Source of the DNA: the human T2T-CHM13v2.0 reference genome, Homo sapiens
Length of the DNA stretch: 64,000 nt
NCBI RefSeq assembly: GCF_009914755.1
Contig: NC_060932.1
Reading direction: 5' to 3' (one strand)
Below, piece after piece: positions 1-43,250 of the stretch. The number at the start of each line of letters is the position of its first letter. The stretch's first letter is position 1. The notes under the pieces are model-generated. The model was given only the letters and a program-made list of their open reading frames with translations, was not told the DNA's origin and searched no databases. The position numbers and the translations under genes are program-made.

Positions 1-777
1 AGGCTGGAGTACAGTGGCACCATCTTGGCTCACTGCAACCTCTGCCTCCCAGGTTCAAGCGATTCTCCCTCCCATGTAGCTGGGATTACAAGCACCCACC
101 ACCACACCCGGCTAATTTTTCTATTTTTAGCAGAGACTGGGTTTTGCCATGTTGGCCAGGCTGGCCTTGAACTTGTGATGTCAAGTGATCCGCCTGCCAA
201 GGCCTCCCAAACCTAGGTGACCCGGATCGGTTCTTCATTCTTCCTCCCAGTAGATTGACCACAAAACTAGCCACACAGCTGATCTGTATCACCTTCCACT
301 CATTTTAACATCAGTGTACGTAACAGAATCGTACATTGTTACCGCTTTGACTTCCTTTGTTCGACATTCTGTGAGATCTATTCATGTGGTTGAGTATATC
401 ATTAGTTCATTTTTTTATTGATAGGTAGTGTTCTATTTGTTAATTCTTATTTTTAGAACTTCATTTTTTTGCAACAAGATTTTGCATGGTAAAACCTTTG
501 CAAAGTTATCTAAATATTCCTAGAAAAAATGTATACCCTCTCTTTATGCAGGTCTATCTAAACTAAATGACTACTTTTTCAAACAGAGGAATTTTTTTGT
601 CTTTATTTTTTACTTATTTTTTAAATATATTAAATTTGTGTTTTGTCTTTTCATATATGTTTCATATCACTTGCATGCAATGCAAGTGTAATCCAAATAT
701 AAGGAACTCAGATCTTTAATTTGAACTGGAAAAAATTACAGAAGCAGTAGTAGGTGATGTTTACCTGTTTGTTACAG

Positions 778-860
778 AGAGAAGCTGCATGAGGCCAATA
801 ATGAACTACAGAAGAAGAGAGCCATTATTGAAGATCTCGAGCCAAGATTTAACAACAGCT
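778..860 (+). CDS. HOOK3: HOOK3 (hook microtubule tethering protein 3) internal coding exon, 83 nt, EKLHEANNELQKKRAIIEDLEPRFNNS
   Basis: Acceptor gtttgttacAG at 776-777 and donor GTGAGT at 861. Translation matches the HOOK3 C-terminal coiled coil and the frame joins the next exon (T|CC = Ser). Confidence 0.96.
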
Positions 861-1471
861 GTGAGTTTTCCTAATTAGGATAGTTTTTAAGTGGGCTTGC
901 TGTATACTGCCATAGTGATAGTGAGTTTACATAATTTTTAATTATTTATTTTTTATTTTTATTTTTTTTGAGATGAAGTCTCACTCTCACCCAGGCTGGA
1001 GTGCAGTGGTGCGATTTTGGCTCACTGCAAGCTTTGCCTTTTGGGTTCTTGCCATTCTCCTGCCTCAGCCTCCTGAGTAGCTGGGACTACAGGTGCCCGC
1101 CACTACGCCCGGCTAATTTTTTGTATTTTTAGTAGAGATGGGGTTTCACCATGTTAGCCAGGATGGTTTCGATCTCCTGACCTCGTGATCTGCCCGCCTC
1201 GGCCTCCCAAAGTGCTGAGATTACAGACATGAGCCACTGTGCCCAGCCTGTTTATTTATTTTTGAGATAGGGTCTGGCTGTGTTGCCCAGACTGGAGTAA
1301 ATGGTATGATCACAGCTCACTGCAGCAGTCTTGACCTCCCATGCTCAAGCCATCCTTCTACCTAACCACCCCGCCAATAGCTGTGATACAGGCATGAGCC
1401 ACCCTGCCCGGCTAATTTTTATAATTTTTTGTAGAGACGGGATTTTGCCATGTTGCCCAGGCTAGTTTTGA

Positions 1472-1889
<418 letters not shown>

Positions 1890-2174
1890 TAAATTTTTAT
1901 TTAAGAAATAGGCTCTATTGGCTGGGTATGGTAGCTCATGCCTGTAATCCTAGCAATTTGGCAGGCCAAGGTAGGAGGATTGCTTGAGCCCAGGAGTTCA
2001 AGACCAGCCTGGGGAACACAGCAAGACCCTGTCTCACAAAAAAGAAAGAAGGCCAGCAACGGTGGCTCACTCCTGTAATCCTAGCACTTATTTGGGAGGC
2101 CGAGGTGGGTGGATTGCCTGAGCTCAGGAGTTTGAGACCAGCCTGGGCGACGTGGTAAAAGCCCATCTCTACTA

Positions 2175-2354
<180 letters not shown>

Positions 2355-2584
2355 TTACATATAGGGAGTATATAATCATCTTTATAATGTCTTTCTGATT
2401 GTACTTTGAATTTTTCGTTAACTCTGTATTCTAATGAATATTATATGATGTTAAGATATTTTCATAATGTAGTTCCATGTAAGTCATCCAGACCTGTGCT
2501 TCCCAAATATTTACTCCTGTAGGTAGCTTGATTTTGTTAATTCTTTTGTATTAATAAAGAGATAAGAGGTGAGAGAACAGACTT

Positions 2585-2980
2585 ATTTTTATTATGGTAA
2601 AATATACAAAACACACCCATTTTAAGCCATTTTTAGTGTATAGTCCAGTGACATTAAGGACATTCACATAGCACAACTCTCACTTTTACCCATCTACAAA
2701 ACTGTATCATCTCAAACCGAAGTTCTCTATCATTAAACAATAACTCTCCCTTCCTTCCTCTCCCCAGCCGCTAATAACTGCTATTCCATTTTCTGTCTCT
2801 GAATTTGACTATTCTAGGTCACTCATATAAGTAGAATCATATAATATTTGTCCTTTTGTATCTGGTTTATTTCACTTAACATAATGTCTCCATATCATAG
2901 CATGTGTCATAACTAAGGCTGAATAATATTATATCTATGTACTACATTTTGTTTATCCATTCATCCCTCATGGATTCTTT
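2585..2980 (-). repeat. Old L1 (L1M-type) 3' end fragment
   Basis: Typical antisense L1M text such as ...tcatataagtagaatcatataatatttgtcc...catccattcatcc. Confidence 0.7.
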
Positions 2981-3235
2981 ATTTATGTACTTCCATACTG
3001 GAGTTTTTATTTATTTATAAGAAAATCTTTTTGTAAAAAAAAAAAAAAAAATTCTGAATTTTTTTAAAATAAAATTATGTGTAAAAATAGACCAGTCTCT
3101 CAAAGCTGTTAACTATTTGTTATTAGTCAATTAAAATATTTTTAAAATTGTGGTAATCTAAAATAAATTTATTTATATTATAACAATTTATATATATTAT
3201 CTAAATATATATATTTTACTGTGTCTCATCTGCAG

Positions 3236-3336
3236 CCTTAAAAATTGAAGAATTACAAGAAGCTTTACGAAAGAAAGAGGAAGAAATGAAGCAAATGGAA
3301 GAACGATACAAAAAATACTTAGAGAAAGCCAAAAGT
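3236..3336 (+). CDS. HOOK3: HOOK3 coding exon, 101 nt, (S)LKIEELQEALRKKEEEMKQMEERYKKYLEKAKS
   Basis: Acceptor tctgcAG and donor GTAAGT at 3337. Contains the HOOK-family motif MEERYKKYLEKAK; frame continuous. Confidence 0.97.
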
Positions 3337-3897
3337 GTAAGTATGAATTTTGTAGGCATCTCACTCTACCTTCTGATCACATTTCAGTGAAGTCTCAAAT
3401 ATAATGGACGGACACTACAGCAACTTCTTAATGCAGAAAACTCTCAGGAGAAGAACAAATCTTATAACAAATAAAAAGAACCTGAGCAACAAGCAGTGCT
3501 CAAAATAGGTCATTCCATGGATTACTTACTAATTACCAAGCGGAAAATGTACTTTGTGTGGGAAATGAGTGGCACTTGCCACCTTATTAGTCATCAAAAT
3601 TAACAACACCAATTAATGATAGGACAGCCGATATCCTGTGCCTCTTGATGGAGTATCGTTGTAAATAATAGTTAACCTGAATTTAAGCAACCTTCTATTT
3701 CCAGTTCACAGGCAAAATAAGGTTTATTGGAACAAGCTAAATAACACGTTCAGGAAACCATCAGGTAAATTCAAAATTTGGAATAGAAGTCACTGTCATG
3801 AAAACAAGAACAGGCCGTGGATTGTGGGAGAGCACAGGACCCATTCTAATTGAAAAGAGCCCCCTGCTAATTGCCAAATCAAGGCATTCATCTCTGA

Positions 3898-5832
<1,935 letters not shown>

Positions 5833-5981
5833 GCATTTACTTTTTAAAATACCCTTGTAAGATAACCTTTGATTTTTCATAAGTTTATCCTTTTATTTTA
5901 AAAAAATAGTCATTCTTTTCTTAAACGTTACATTCTTTAAGTTTGAGACTTTTTAAATTTTTCTTTTATTATTTTTTGCAG

Positions 5982-6086
5982 GTCATCCGTACTTTAGATC
6001 CTAAACAGAATCAAGGAGCAGCACCAGAAATACAAGCTCTTAAAAATCAGCTCCAGGAACGAGACCGACTGTTCCACTCATTAGAG
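5982..6086 (+). CDS. HOOK3: HOOK3 coding exon, 105 nt, VIRTLDPKQNQGAAPEIQALKNQLQERDRLFHSLE
   Basis: Polypyrimidine tract plus gcAG acceptor, GT donor at 6087, phase 0/0. Confidence 0.97.
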
Positions 6087-6258
6087 GTAGTTTACTATAC
6101 TGTACAATAAAATAATTGTGTTTTGATTTTAATGTTTTGGGAGCCTTGTTATATTTTACAATTGTGTTCATGAGTTTTAACAATTAATTGTAAGTATTTT
6201 ATTTATATTGAGTTATTTTATATCTTTACATATTTACATGTGCTTTTTTTTTTTTTAG

Positions 6259-6330
6259 AAAGAATATGAGAAAACAAAGAGTCAGAGAGAGATGGAAGAG
6301 AAATATATTGTTAGTGCCTGGTACAATATG
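6259..6330 (+). CDS. HOOK3: HOOK3 penultimate coding exon, 72 nt, KEYEKTKSQREMEEKYIVSAWYNM
   Basis: Poly-T plus AG acceptor, donor GTAAGA at 6331. HOOK-family EEKxIVSAWY motif. Confidence 0.97.
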
Positions 6331-6933
6331 GTAAGAAAATAGTACTTTGGAGCATAATGAAAACTTCAATGAATATGTAATACTTATTATATTCCCTTTA
6401 CTGTAGAAGTCACTCTACCAAATGAATCTGAAAGTAACTGCTATCCTAACATACACTAACAGAATCTTAATGTTATTTCTGAACTGAAAAGCAACTATGA
6501 GAACCACTGTAAACAGGGTTAGAGCATTTTGAAAACATTATTTCTAGAGGATAGAAAGATAAATGTCAGTCTAATTTCTGTCCCTCAGAGACTTTATTGT
6601 AAGAGAAGGGACATTAATACCATCTAAACACAGATGCAATAGTTTTTGTTTTGTGGGATTATTTCAGTGTCTTTGCAGGATGGTATTTGATTGAGGGTAG
6701 TTTATCTCATGGGGTTTGGAAAATGTTCACAATGTCAGACCCTGAACCACTGCAGGTTTTGAAATTGAATATCCCAACACAAAAACTAATGCTCATCAGC
6801 ATCCTGGTTGGGATGTGAATAGTTACGGATTTTAAAGAGTGCTGCACTTCTGAAGTATTTTTTCAAGACTTTCTGTCTTCCTTTTGTTTTTTGTTCTTCC
6901 CAATAAGACCACTTCTGCTTTTAAAAAATGTTA

Positions 6934-10487
<3,554 letters not shown>

Positions 10488-11288
10488 CTCAGTTCTTAAT
10501 GTTTCTCTGGCTAGGATTCTTCATTGTCTTATTAAATGAGTACCAAAAAACTGCTTTTTTCCTGATGTACTCATAGACTTCTGCCTTTAGTAAGTAGTGT
10601 CATTATCATATTCTTGTCATTCCTCCGCAGTCAGGTAGTGCCCTGGAGGTTTCCTCCCTCCTGTTAAGGTGCTCTGGGTCCAGCAGTTGCCTCCTCTCCC
10701 TTCTAAGTTAGTAGGCGATCCTTCTCCTGTCTTCAAGAAAGACCCCCTTCTCTCATTTGGGCCCTCTGTTGTGGACTGTCAGGAAGTTTTCTTAATTTGT
10801 TTGAGAATACAAATCTGCCTTGAAGTGAAGAAAAACAGCATGCTGGTATGTACAGTACCTAGTGTGGCTTTCCATCTTAAGAAACAACACAAGCATTTGT
10901 GTTTTTCATTCTAAATAAACCCTGTGATTTCTACCACCTGAGTGAATCAACTGCTACCAATCATACTCTTTTCCTTGGAAAAAAATCACTTTCTACATTT
11001 AATTTGAAAGGAAGTATGATTGAGTATGGGTAAAGTCTGTCTCTATCATCTGCTGTATTGTTTATTGTAAAATCAGACAATTAAGCCTGAATTTTTCCAA
11101 AAGAAAATTTGTGCCTAATTATGGGAACTAAAATGCCTCTATGAGATTTTAATCTATAGTGAGTAGTATTAACATTCCTAATTGTGCTTTATGATACACT
11201 GTAACAAATTCTGCATGATGAAATTTTCTTTTGTGAAGTATGTTCCACTATTTTTTCATTGATTCCTTTTTTTGTTTTAATGTTGCAG

Positions 11289-11429
11289 GGAATGACCCTG
11301 CATAAAAAGGCAGCTGAAGATAGACTGGCAAGCACAGGCTCAGGGCAGTCATTTCTGGCGAGGCAGAGGCAAGCGACCAGCAGCAGAAGATCATACCCAG
11401 GCCACGTGCAGCCGGCCACAGCAAGGTAG
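11289..11429 (+). CDS. HOOK3: HOOK3 last coding segment, GMTLHKKAAEDRLASTGSGQSFLARQRQATSSRRSYPGHVQPATAR*
   Basis: Acceptor tgttgcAG at 11287-11288, HOOK-family SFLARQRQAT motif, TAG stop at 11427-11429. Confidence 0.97.
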   Translation, partial: GMTLHKKAAEDRLASTGSGQSFLARQRQATSSRRSYPGHVQPATAR

Positions 11430-11663
11430 AGAAGTTGTGCCGCTCAATCACAGACACCTGCACCCACAACATACTTCTGTTACACACAAGAACATTTCAG
11501 GAAACTCAGCCAGCTTATTTTTTGTTTCTCTTCTATGTCAATACTTAGTGTTTCTCATTTTGAGGACTTTTTCTCTCTCCTGTATCTTTGTTTTAGTTTC
11601 TTTGGTTTTTATTTTGTAGTCCTTTCAGTTATTTTTAATGTGCCAAAAATTTGTACATGTTCA

Positions 11664-11669
11664 ATTAAA
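11664..11669 (+). terminator. Candidate proximal poly(A) signal ATTAAA
   Basis: ATTAAA 235 nt after the stop, with upstream TGTA (11652) and downstream GT/T-rich sequence. Confidence 0.5.
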
Positions 11670-13362
11670 AATGTTGTATAATAGTGTAATACTTTTCTTT
11701 GTATGAAAATGTCCTCTTCTTCAAAGGTATAGGCTTTGTAATGAATTAGATTTTCTGCCAATAATTGATATACAATTTATATTCTTTATTGTGCCTGTGT
11801 GTTACCATGCTAAGAATGTCTTTGTTTAAAGGGAATTAATCTTTTTATGATGTATTAATCTGTGTTTTCAATTGTTTTCCAAGTACAGTTCAAATAACTT
11901 GCATATTTACTATACAAAATGGTTGACAAGTGTTCTTTTTGCAAAGACTTGAATACATTGGCAGAGGTGCTAATCACATCTTCCCTAAGGCACCTGGAAG
12001 AATTATTTGAGGAAAAAATGAGTTTTCACATTGTTTTATAGGAAATTAAATTTGTCCAAAGATTTGGAGACTATTTTTAAAACATAAATACATAAAATTT
12101 CATTATTTCCTGCTATCTTGTTTGCTGGCAGAAGTGAATGTTTGGTGAGGTTATTTTGGGATAAATTACAAAAGAAAAAAAATTAGACACTGCATTAATT
12201 TCTTGTTCTTTTGGAATATCTTAGTAACTGAGGATCATTTTCTAACAATGTGGTTGACATACCTTCAGTTGCTTTCCACATCTAAAAGAGTTATCTTTCA
12301 TATATGTACAAGTTATTGGTAGTCTTATTTTTGGGCTGTTTGTTGACTTATGCCCCATTTGTTTTACTTGTTCTTTAATATAAACCCTTCCATTTTTTAA
12401 CAATTCCTAACACTTGATATCTTAATATCAGTCACTAACATTAGTAACTTCTTGTATGTTATATTATGGCAGATCTCTTTACGTTTTTTCTCACATCTAT
12501 CTGCTAGTCCAGGAATTTGTTACTAAATAGATTTTCTTGGATATTTGGTTGCCTCAAAGTGCTTACATTTGTTAACAGATTGTAAACCACATTTATTTAC
12601 ATTGATGAATGGGCTGTTGAATAATCATTGTAAAGCACTTTGTATATATAAGGTGCTATATAAGTGTGAAATATCATTCATTTATAAATGAAATGCCTTC
12701 TAACTTTCCATATTGACTTATGTATTTGGTCCCAAATTATATTTAAGTCTTTTTTCTTGCAACGTAGCCCATTTTTTGAAAGCAAAACATTTCTGAAATT
12801 AGGTCATGGTTTTTTTGTTTATTTTTAGGTTAGGTCACTTAATATAGGAGGATGTTTTCTCATGTACTTGCTATTTGCAAGTTCAGGTTTCATTTGGTTC
12901 TTTATGTTAAATACGAATAAGTAACCTCAAATCAAGCTAAATGTAATTAAGAATTTTCAGCAACTATATTCAAGTGTTTGATTTTTAAATTCTTTCTTTC
13001 TTTTTAATAAGAAAGATGACCTAAAAATCAGTGGTATTTGTTTGTCCTCAGAAGCCGTAGTTGAAGAAAGATATTAGAGTATACACAGAACTGGAGCCAT
13101 ACATTGTGCTAATTTTTTACATTAAGTACAGAAGTCTGAGCACAGCATGAATGCTTCTGCCTGACAGGACCACAAAGCAGCAGAAGTTAGGGATAAATGG
13201 AGATAGCCATGAGTAGAACTGCTGTAGGGCTTCAGGAGGCTACGCAGACCTGATCAACTGCAAAGTTTCCAAAGTAAAAGATTAAAAACTTTCAGACGGT
13301 TCTTACCTCTACCCGTGTTTCACAAATAGCCTGAGGATCCAACTATTTTTAAAGCAAATTGG

Positions 13363-14900
<1,538 letters not shown>

Positions 14901-15856
14901 TACATTTATAATTTTCATTCTCTTTTACCTATAAAATTCAGTGTATTAGTTTCATTACATAGGAGAAATTATATTTCTAAACATTTTATGATGTTTAAAA
15001 ACAAAACAGGCTGTTGTAAAAAAAAAAAAAAAAAAAACTTCTGAATATACTTTAGGTATCAGAAAGCCAAGAATAAAATTTAGCTCTAACGGTGGCAACT
15101 CCATGTCCGGTGTCCAGCTTTGGACAGGGTTTATGACGTTTCTGTTTCTCTAGTAATGATTAATGATTCCTCAGGAGATTCGTGATGTTGTCTGGTCTAT
15201 CTGGAAATTTAAAGTCACTAGGAGCTTTGCCTCATCGTGAGTGATGCTGTGCTGTATTTTTACAAACTCTCGCATACAGCACCTTCCTGGGGCCACGTTG
15301 GCTTGTGCAGTGGAGCTTGTCCAGGCACCAGCATGGAGCAAGTACAGGGTTGCTGTGTTGGGTTGGAGCACACTGTCACCACAGTGTCTGAAGTCTTATA
15401 AACAGGAAGATCATTTTCTGTTTTCCTTCTAACCAGGGTGAGAAAATACAAAGTAAAGAACTAAAGAATATTAAAACCTAGCATTTATGTTCCACAGTGT
15501 GTATTTCAGAAGTTTGTAATCCAGAAAATATAGTAGTGTATAATATCTGAAAAGAGAATCAAGTATACAATTGTACATATTTTTAAAGAACTTTGAAAAA
15601 CTCCGTCATATCTTTTACCATTTGTCTATTTGATAGTAATGCAGAAAAAAGTCCCTAAAGACCCTGTGTTCCAAAATTTACCAAGATTGACATTTCTATT
15701 AGACATCCTTAACCTAAGTGTTTTAATTAGATTATTAGACTATAATAAGGATGAAATTGCTGTCTGTAATTTTGTTGAGGTTTTATTGTTAATATAATAA
15801 AAGCTCAACTGTACAAAATTAAGCTAAATGTTATCCAGTCAGAAACATCAGCCTGT

Positions 15857-16695
<839 letters not shown>

Positions 16696-19600
16696 CCTAT
16701 TTCCTTTTCGAAAGTAGCAGTTTGGTTTATTCTCGTTTGCTAAGTAATTGTTTGAAATATTTTTCAGCCTCTCCTGCTCCCTCACAAAAATTCACCTGTC
16801 ATTTTAATGATAACAGCATGTTAAAAACTTGGAAGTCTTTATCCCAATATAAGAATTATCTTGAAACAAAAATCTAAATTACTTTTAAAAATTCTCTTAA
16901 CTCTGCATTTAGTCTCCTATTATCTAGATCTCTGAGTCCAGGATAACTCCAGTTATCCCCAGTTGGATCATGTGTGATTTATCTGAGAAAGCATCCACAA
17001 CCCACAGCTAGTGGAAACCGAGCTAGTTTACAGCCACGTGGATAAGAACATCTTTGTTTCTAAAGTGAGAGGAAAGTGCTTGGTATCTTGCTTTTTGCTG
17101 AGGGCAAAATAACAACATGAAGACAAAGTGCTTTTTGTTGTCTATTCATGAAACTGTAGAAGAATATTTTGAGTTTTTATTCTTATATTATGAAGGGATT
17201 CTTTGCCTAGCAGTGGCCGTCAAACTGATGTAGCATTGTACTTCTCAACAGTGAAGCCTGTGTAATACCATACAGTAGGATGAAAGACTATTCTGAGCAA
17301 AATAAAATGGGATGTCAGAATCTTTGAAAATTATTTTATCATTTTTTCTATTTTTTCATTTTTATAAATTAGAAGGATTTTCCATTCAATAAGGATAATC
17401 TCTCTTCCTATCATTCTGTCAAAATGGCAGTTTCTTTTGGTAATTATCCAACCTAGTTTCATTACATTTAGAAGGAGGTTTCAGAGCTTATTCTTGATAA
17501 CTATAATAATGATTTGAATGTTTTATATCATGAAGTTTTTTCTATGAGGAAGGCTATTCTCAATGTATCTGTCGTCTAATTTTTTATTTTCTATCTATAA
17601 AGAATATTTAAATAATAATTGGTGTATGTTCCTTTTGTTGAAAATGTTTTATTGTCCAGTTTTAACACAGAAGTGGTCTAAAGTTTTGCAGCAAATGCTG
17701 TTCAGTTCCCAGAAGCCTAAAAAACATAACATAATATGCTAACAGAGCTAATTTCCACCCAATCCCTCAAATTACCGAAGTATTAATATTTAGCTTCCTT
17801 TCTAGAAAACAAGGGGCAGCACAAATGGGGTGGCATCCATCTCTTTTAAATCACTGATGATTTTCTGGGGAAGTATATATAGATGATTTTATTTTTTAAA
17901 TAGCCTTTTATCAAACCATTTCACATGTATTATCTATATGACTATAGAAACTTATAAAACATTTAATTCATGTTGACTTAAAACATGGGCATCCTTGGAT
18001 TCTCCACATTGACTGAAATGATAGAGAAAGGGACATTTGTTTGAGAAACAAGAGACCTGTACCTAATTATGGCAAGTATATGAGTTTTGGTGATTGTGGG
18101 GGGTTATAAATGTTTTCCTATGATAGATAAATATATAGATATAGATCAGGAATTACTTGATGTCTCTTCAGAAGTTTTCTGTTTTCTTATAATTTCCAGT
18201 AATACTCTGTAAGACTCGGTTTGCATGCTGTGTGTGTTTGCATGAGTATAGAAACCTAAGAACATAATGGAAGGCTATTAAGGCAAATTCATTCCTAGAA
18301 AGTGGAGTGGATCATTGGGATAAGAAATAGCCTAATTATAAACAAATATGCAGGCAGAGGGAAGTCCTAATACAATGAAAACTTGCATTATCTAAACAGA
18401 TGTTCCCAAAGCAATAGTTTGCCTAAAATCCTCTGTATTACATGATTATTCAGTAAAAGAGTAAACAAATATCTAATTTATTTTCTAATTGTCCTTCCCT
18501 TCATTGAGTATTAACTAGGTGCATAATGTAGTTGTATATGTTTACTAGTAAAGGGAAAAACACTTATTTTCATTTTGAGACTGTTTGGCTATTACTAAAG
18601 CTGAGAAAGTGATTTTAGGTCGCCAAGGATACTATGATTTGATGAGATGAGAAGAAATCTGCGGTGGCTGAAAATCGTGACCAACTTGGTGTTATCTAGA
18701 TCTGCTTTATCTAGTTTGCAAGCCATAGGCTCAATTTTATGTCCTTCTTACTTACACACAGTAGCCCCACACAGTTTTGTTTTAAATGAAGGCAAAAGTA
18801 GACATTTTTAAAGTATATTCAACATTGTGCCATTATTTACCTGATAAAGGTGAAATCAGAGGTGTCCACGGCCTCAAAGTTTGGGCCCATGGGACTATCA
18901 AATCCGAATTATATCTACTTAGAGCTTAGAGGAAGAATTAGGTATCATGAGAAAAGCAACTCCTACTTGAGAGAAAGAAGACTACCAAAGCATGTTGAGG
19001 CTTTAACATGGGAGACTTCCAGGTAGGCGTTATCACTTGAGTGGTAACTAGCTTGATGAAGGAAAATAATTACTTTAGCAGTTATGTTGTAAAATTAATA
19101 AAAAGGACTCATGTTTATTCTGGTGTATTTGTCAACCCATGGGTAGTGATTACTCCGTGTACATTCTATAGTGTGTGTATTTTATTTAGTGTCTTAATAT
19201 ATAGTCTTTATATAGTATCTTAATATTATTTACTGTTACTTCTAGTCATTTATGTAGTATATTTTACTGCAAAATTTGTAGCACTTTACTAATATTAGAT
19301 CATTATTTTCCCTCTTCCCCTCTACCTTTCTGGCATTTTCTGTTATCTTAGAGTCAGGAATCTAAAGGTCTAAGTCTAGAAATCTGTTGGAAGCTGGGTT
19401 GGAGCTACTGGATATGAGTTACTTTTTACATGTCTCCTTAAGAAGACTCTTTTATAATGTAATACTTAGAAGCCAAATCCTTTCAAACGCAAACACCCTT
19501 GAAACTTGATGCTTTCTGAAGTTGTATTCATAAAAATTATCCCATCTTACAGTTAATCAGAAGATGTTCTTACCTTTGGTTTGCCTGCCTCCTGAAACAC

Positions 19601-19797
19601 AAACCTGCAGATTGCCCCTAACTTCAGCAGTGCCTCCGTCACTGCATGTACCTAAAAGACAGGAAAGCCAAGTTCTGGGAGCTGTCAAGTCGGAGGATCA
19701 GGAAAATGGTGGGGAAGAGGTGACTGGAAAGGCAGGCACTAAAGATGGCAGGCTGCAAAAGCATTCTGAGTTCCCCTGTAACAGATAGGTTTTATGA

Positions 19798-22387
<2,590 letters not shown>

Positions 22388-23360
22388 CAAATCTTTTATT
22401 TTTTAACAGCCTTAGTTATTTATAATTCAAATGCACTAAAATATCATCGCTGTCATGAACTTTGCTGTTTACAGGTTCTGTGTAATTCAGAATGCTTTGT
22501 ACTTAGAAAATAATTTCTAGGCTTATCTTGTTTTGCAGTTTTCATGTTTTGACAATTGCCCACCATTTACAATACTCAATTTTTGATTATGAAATGAATA
22601 GTAAAATTCAAACATATCTAATAATAATTTGCCTTAGTTTGATTAATAAATTATATCAAAAAACTTGGGGATAGAAAGAGGCTTTTTTTTCCCCCTGTAG
22701 TATTTTTAAAACTTTTTAGATGAGCTGGATGAAACCTTAGTACATTGGAGCTGGAGTTGTATTGAGTACAGCCCCAACTCTGAAGCCTTATATTCATGTC
22801 TTAAGTACCATTGATTGTTCTGTGAATTGTTGTTAGTTTCATATTTGACATTGTAGTAATCCACCTTGCATTTTAGTCTTTGCAAAAAGGATATTGCTAG
22901 GTATATTCTTATTTCTGATTGAGTATTGAATTTACATTTTTCAGAATTTCATTCTTTGTCATTATAATCCAAAAACAATGTCCACATCAGACTTGGAACT
23001 TCTCACTTCAAAAATGAAATACAGATTTAGCAGTGTTGTACATAATGATGTCCAAGCATTTTTCCACCTGTTTACTGAGTTTTCCAACCATTTACTATGT
23101 GTTGAGATTGGTGGGTTTTCTGGCTGTTTTTCTGAGGTGAATGACTTGTTACAGAGCCTCAGTAAGAAATTTCAACTAAAATCACAAAAACATAAAGTCC
23201 AGGAAACCACCAGAAGATGGATTTTTAGTGTTTTTGAAATCTTGTATTTCCTTTTGATATCATTTACTCATTTTAATTTTACGACTGCCAACTTGTTACG
23301 GTATTAATTATATGTATGTGTTTATATGTATGCATATAATATATGTATATGTATATGAAG

Positions 23361-23461
23361 AATAAAGTTAAGATTTGGTCAAACTATATTTTCCCATTCA
23401 AGTACAAAAATGTTTTCAAGGCTGCAAAAAGTGTACAGTTGTTAAACAAGTTGTAAATAAA
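23361..23461 (+). terminator. Distal HOOK3 poly(A) signals (AATAAA at 23361-23366 and 23456-23461)
   Basis: Two canonical hexamers, several nearby TGTA motifs, and a downstream T-rich tract (~23487-23497). Confidence 0.75.
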
Positions 23462-23591
23462 GACTTGTATAAAAATTCAGCCTAGATTTCTTTTTTCTGC
23501 TCTTAAACTCTGACAAATATACTTCATAATTGGTGATATTCTTCCACTCACCTTTGAGACTTGCCATTATGTCCTATCAATTTAAAGATTA

Positions 23592-26973
<3,382 letters not shown>

Positions 26974-27357
26974 TGATTAATTTTTAAGTAGAAAAAAAGT
27001 TACCCATGTCCTGTTACTCAGTTACCAAAAAATGATCATTTTCAGCATCTTTTCACTTGTATTTTAACTTTTCCATTCCACATTCTTTCTCCCTTTCAAT
27101 TAATTTGTTTTCCATACTTTCTTTCACACATCGGAGATACCCATATTAATTAAAGTTCACAATGGAAGTTATGGTGATGCACTAATGTAGTCCCAGCTAC
27201 TCAGCAAGAGGATCACTTGAGCCCAGGAGGTCGAGGCTGCAAGTGAGCCAAGATCGTGCCACTGCACTCCAGCTTGGGCAACAGAGCAAAACCCTGCAAA
27301 AAGAAGTGTTCCCCAGCCAAAGACCTGCCAGGTTTGCCTTAAATACATTTTTGCTAC

Positions 27358-27850
27358 TGTTCTGATTATCTATTGCTGTATCACAAACCACTCCAAAACC
27401 TAGGGTCTTCAAACAACTTATTACTATCCCTCCTGAGTCTGGAGACAGGCTCAGGCTCCGCTGTTCTCAGATGGGATCTCCCATTTGGGTGTGGTTAGGT
27501 TAGATGACGTGTGAGGCCAGAGTGATCTGAAGACTTGCTCTCCCACATGCCTGGCACCCAGGCTGATATGGATGGCACCTCCAAGGCGCATTGGACATTT
27601 CCACACAGCATCATGCCAGGACTTGTTTGGATTTTCTCACAAAATGACTAGGTGAGTTATTCCACGCAGCCAGCTTTCCCTAGAGCAAGAGTCCTAAGAG
27701 ACCCAGGTGAATGCTTTGCAGCTTCTGTAGCCTTGGAAACCACATGGCATCACGTCTCTTATTTGTCAAAACTGTCATGGACAAGACCAGGTCCATGGGG
27801 TGACAGAATACACTGCAATTCTCAGTGGTAGGATGACCAGGTTACACAGC
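27358..27850 (-). mobile_element. MLT1-family MaLR solo LTR (degenerate)
   Basis: Starts ...ttatctattgctgtatcacaaaccactccaaaacctag..., the reverse complement of an MLT1 3' end. Confidence 0.7.
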
Positions 27851-28111
27851 TGCCACTCTGGACTCGAAGGAAAATGTCTGCTATGAGGACCATACTTCTG
27901 AGGTAAAATCTTTCCCCATTTTCTGATTTCTATGCCAAGCACGTTCACTGTGCACAACAGTCAGGTACATGACTTCAGTGTGAACAAAACCTGAGGTAGA
28001 AACTACACAGAAATCTGGTAGGTTCGAAGCCACAAGTAACACTCGTACTTCTTTTGGTAGGTATCTAATTGCACGTAACATAAGCTATAAAAAAGTTATA
28101 TATAAAATGTT

Positions 28112-43250
<15,139 letters not shown>

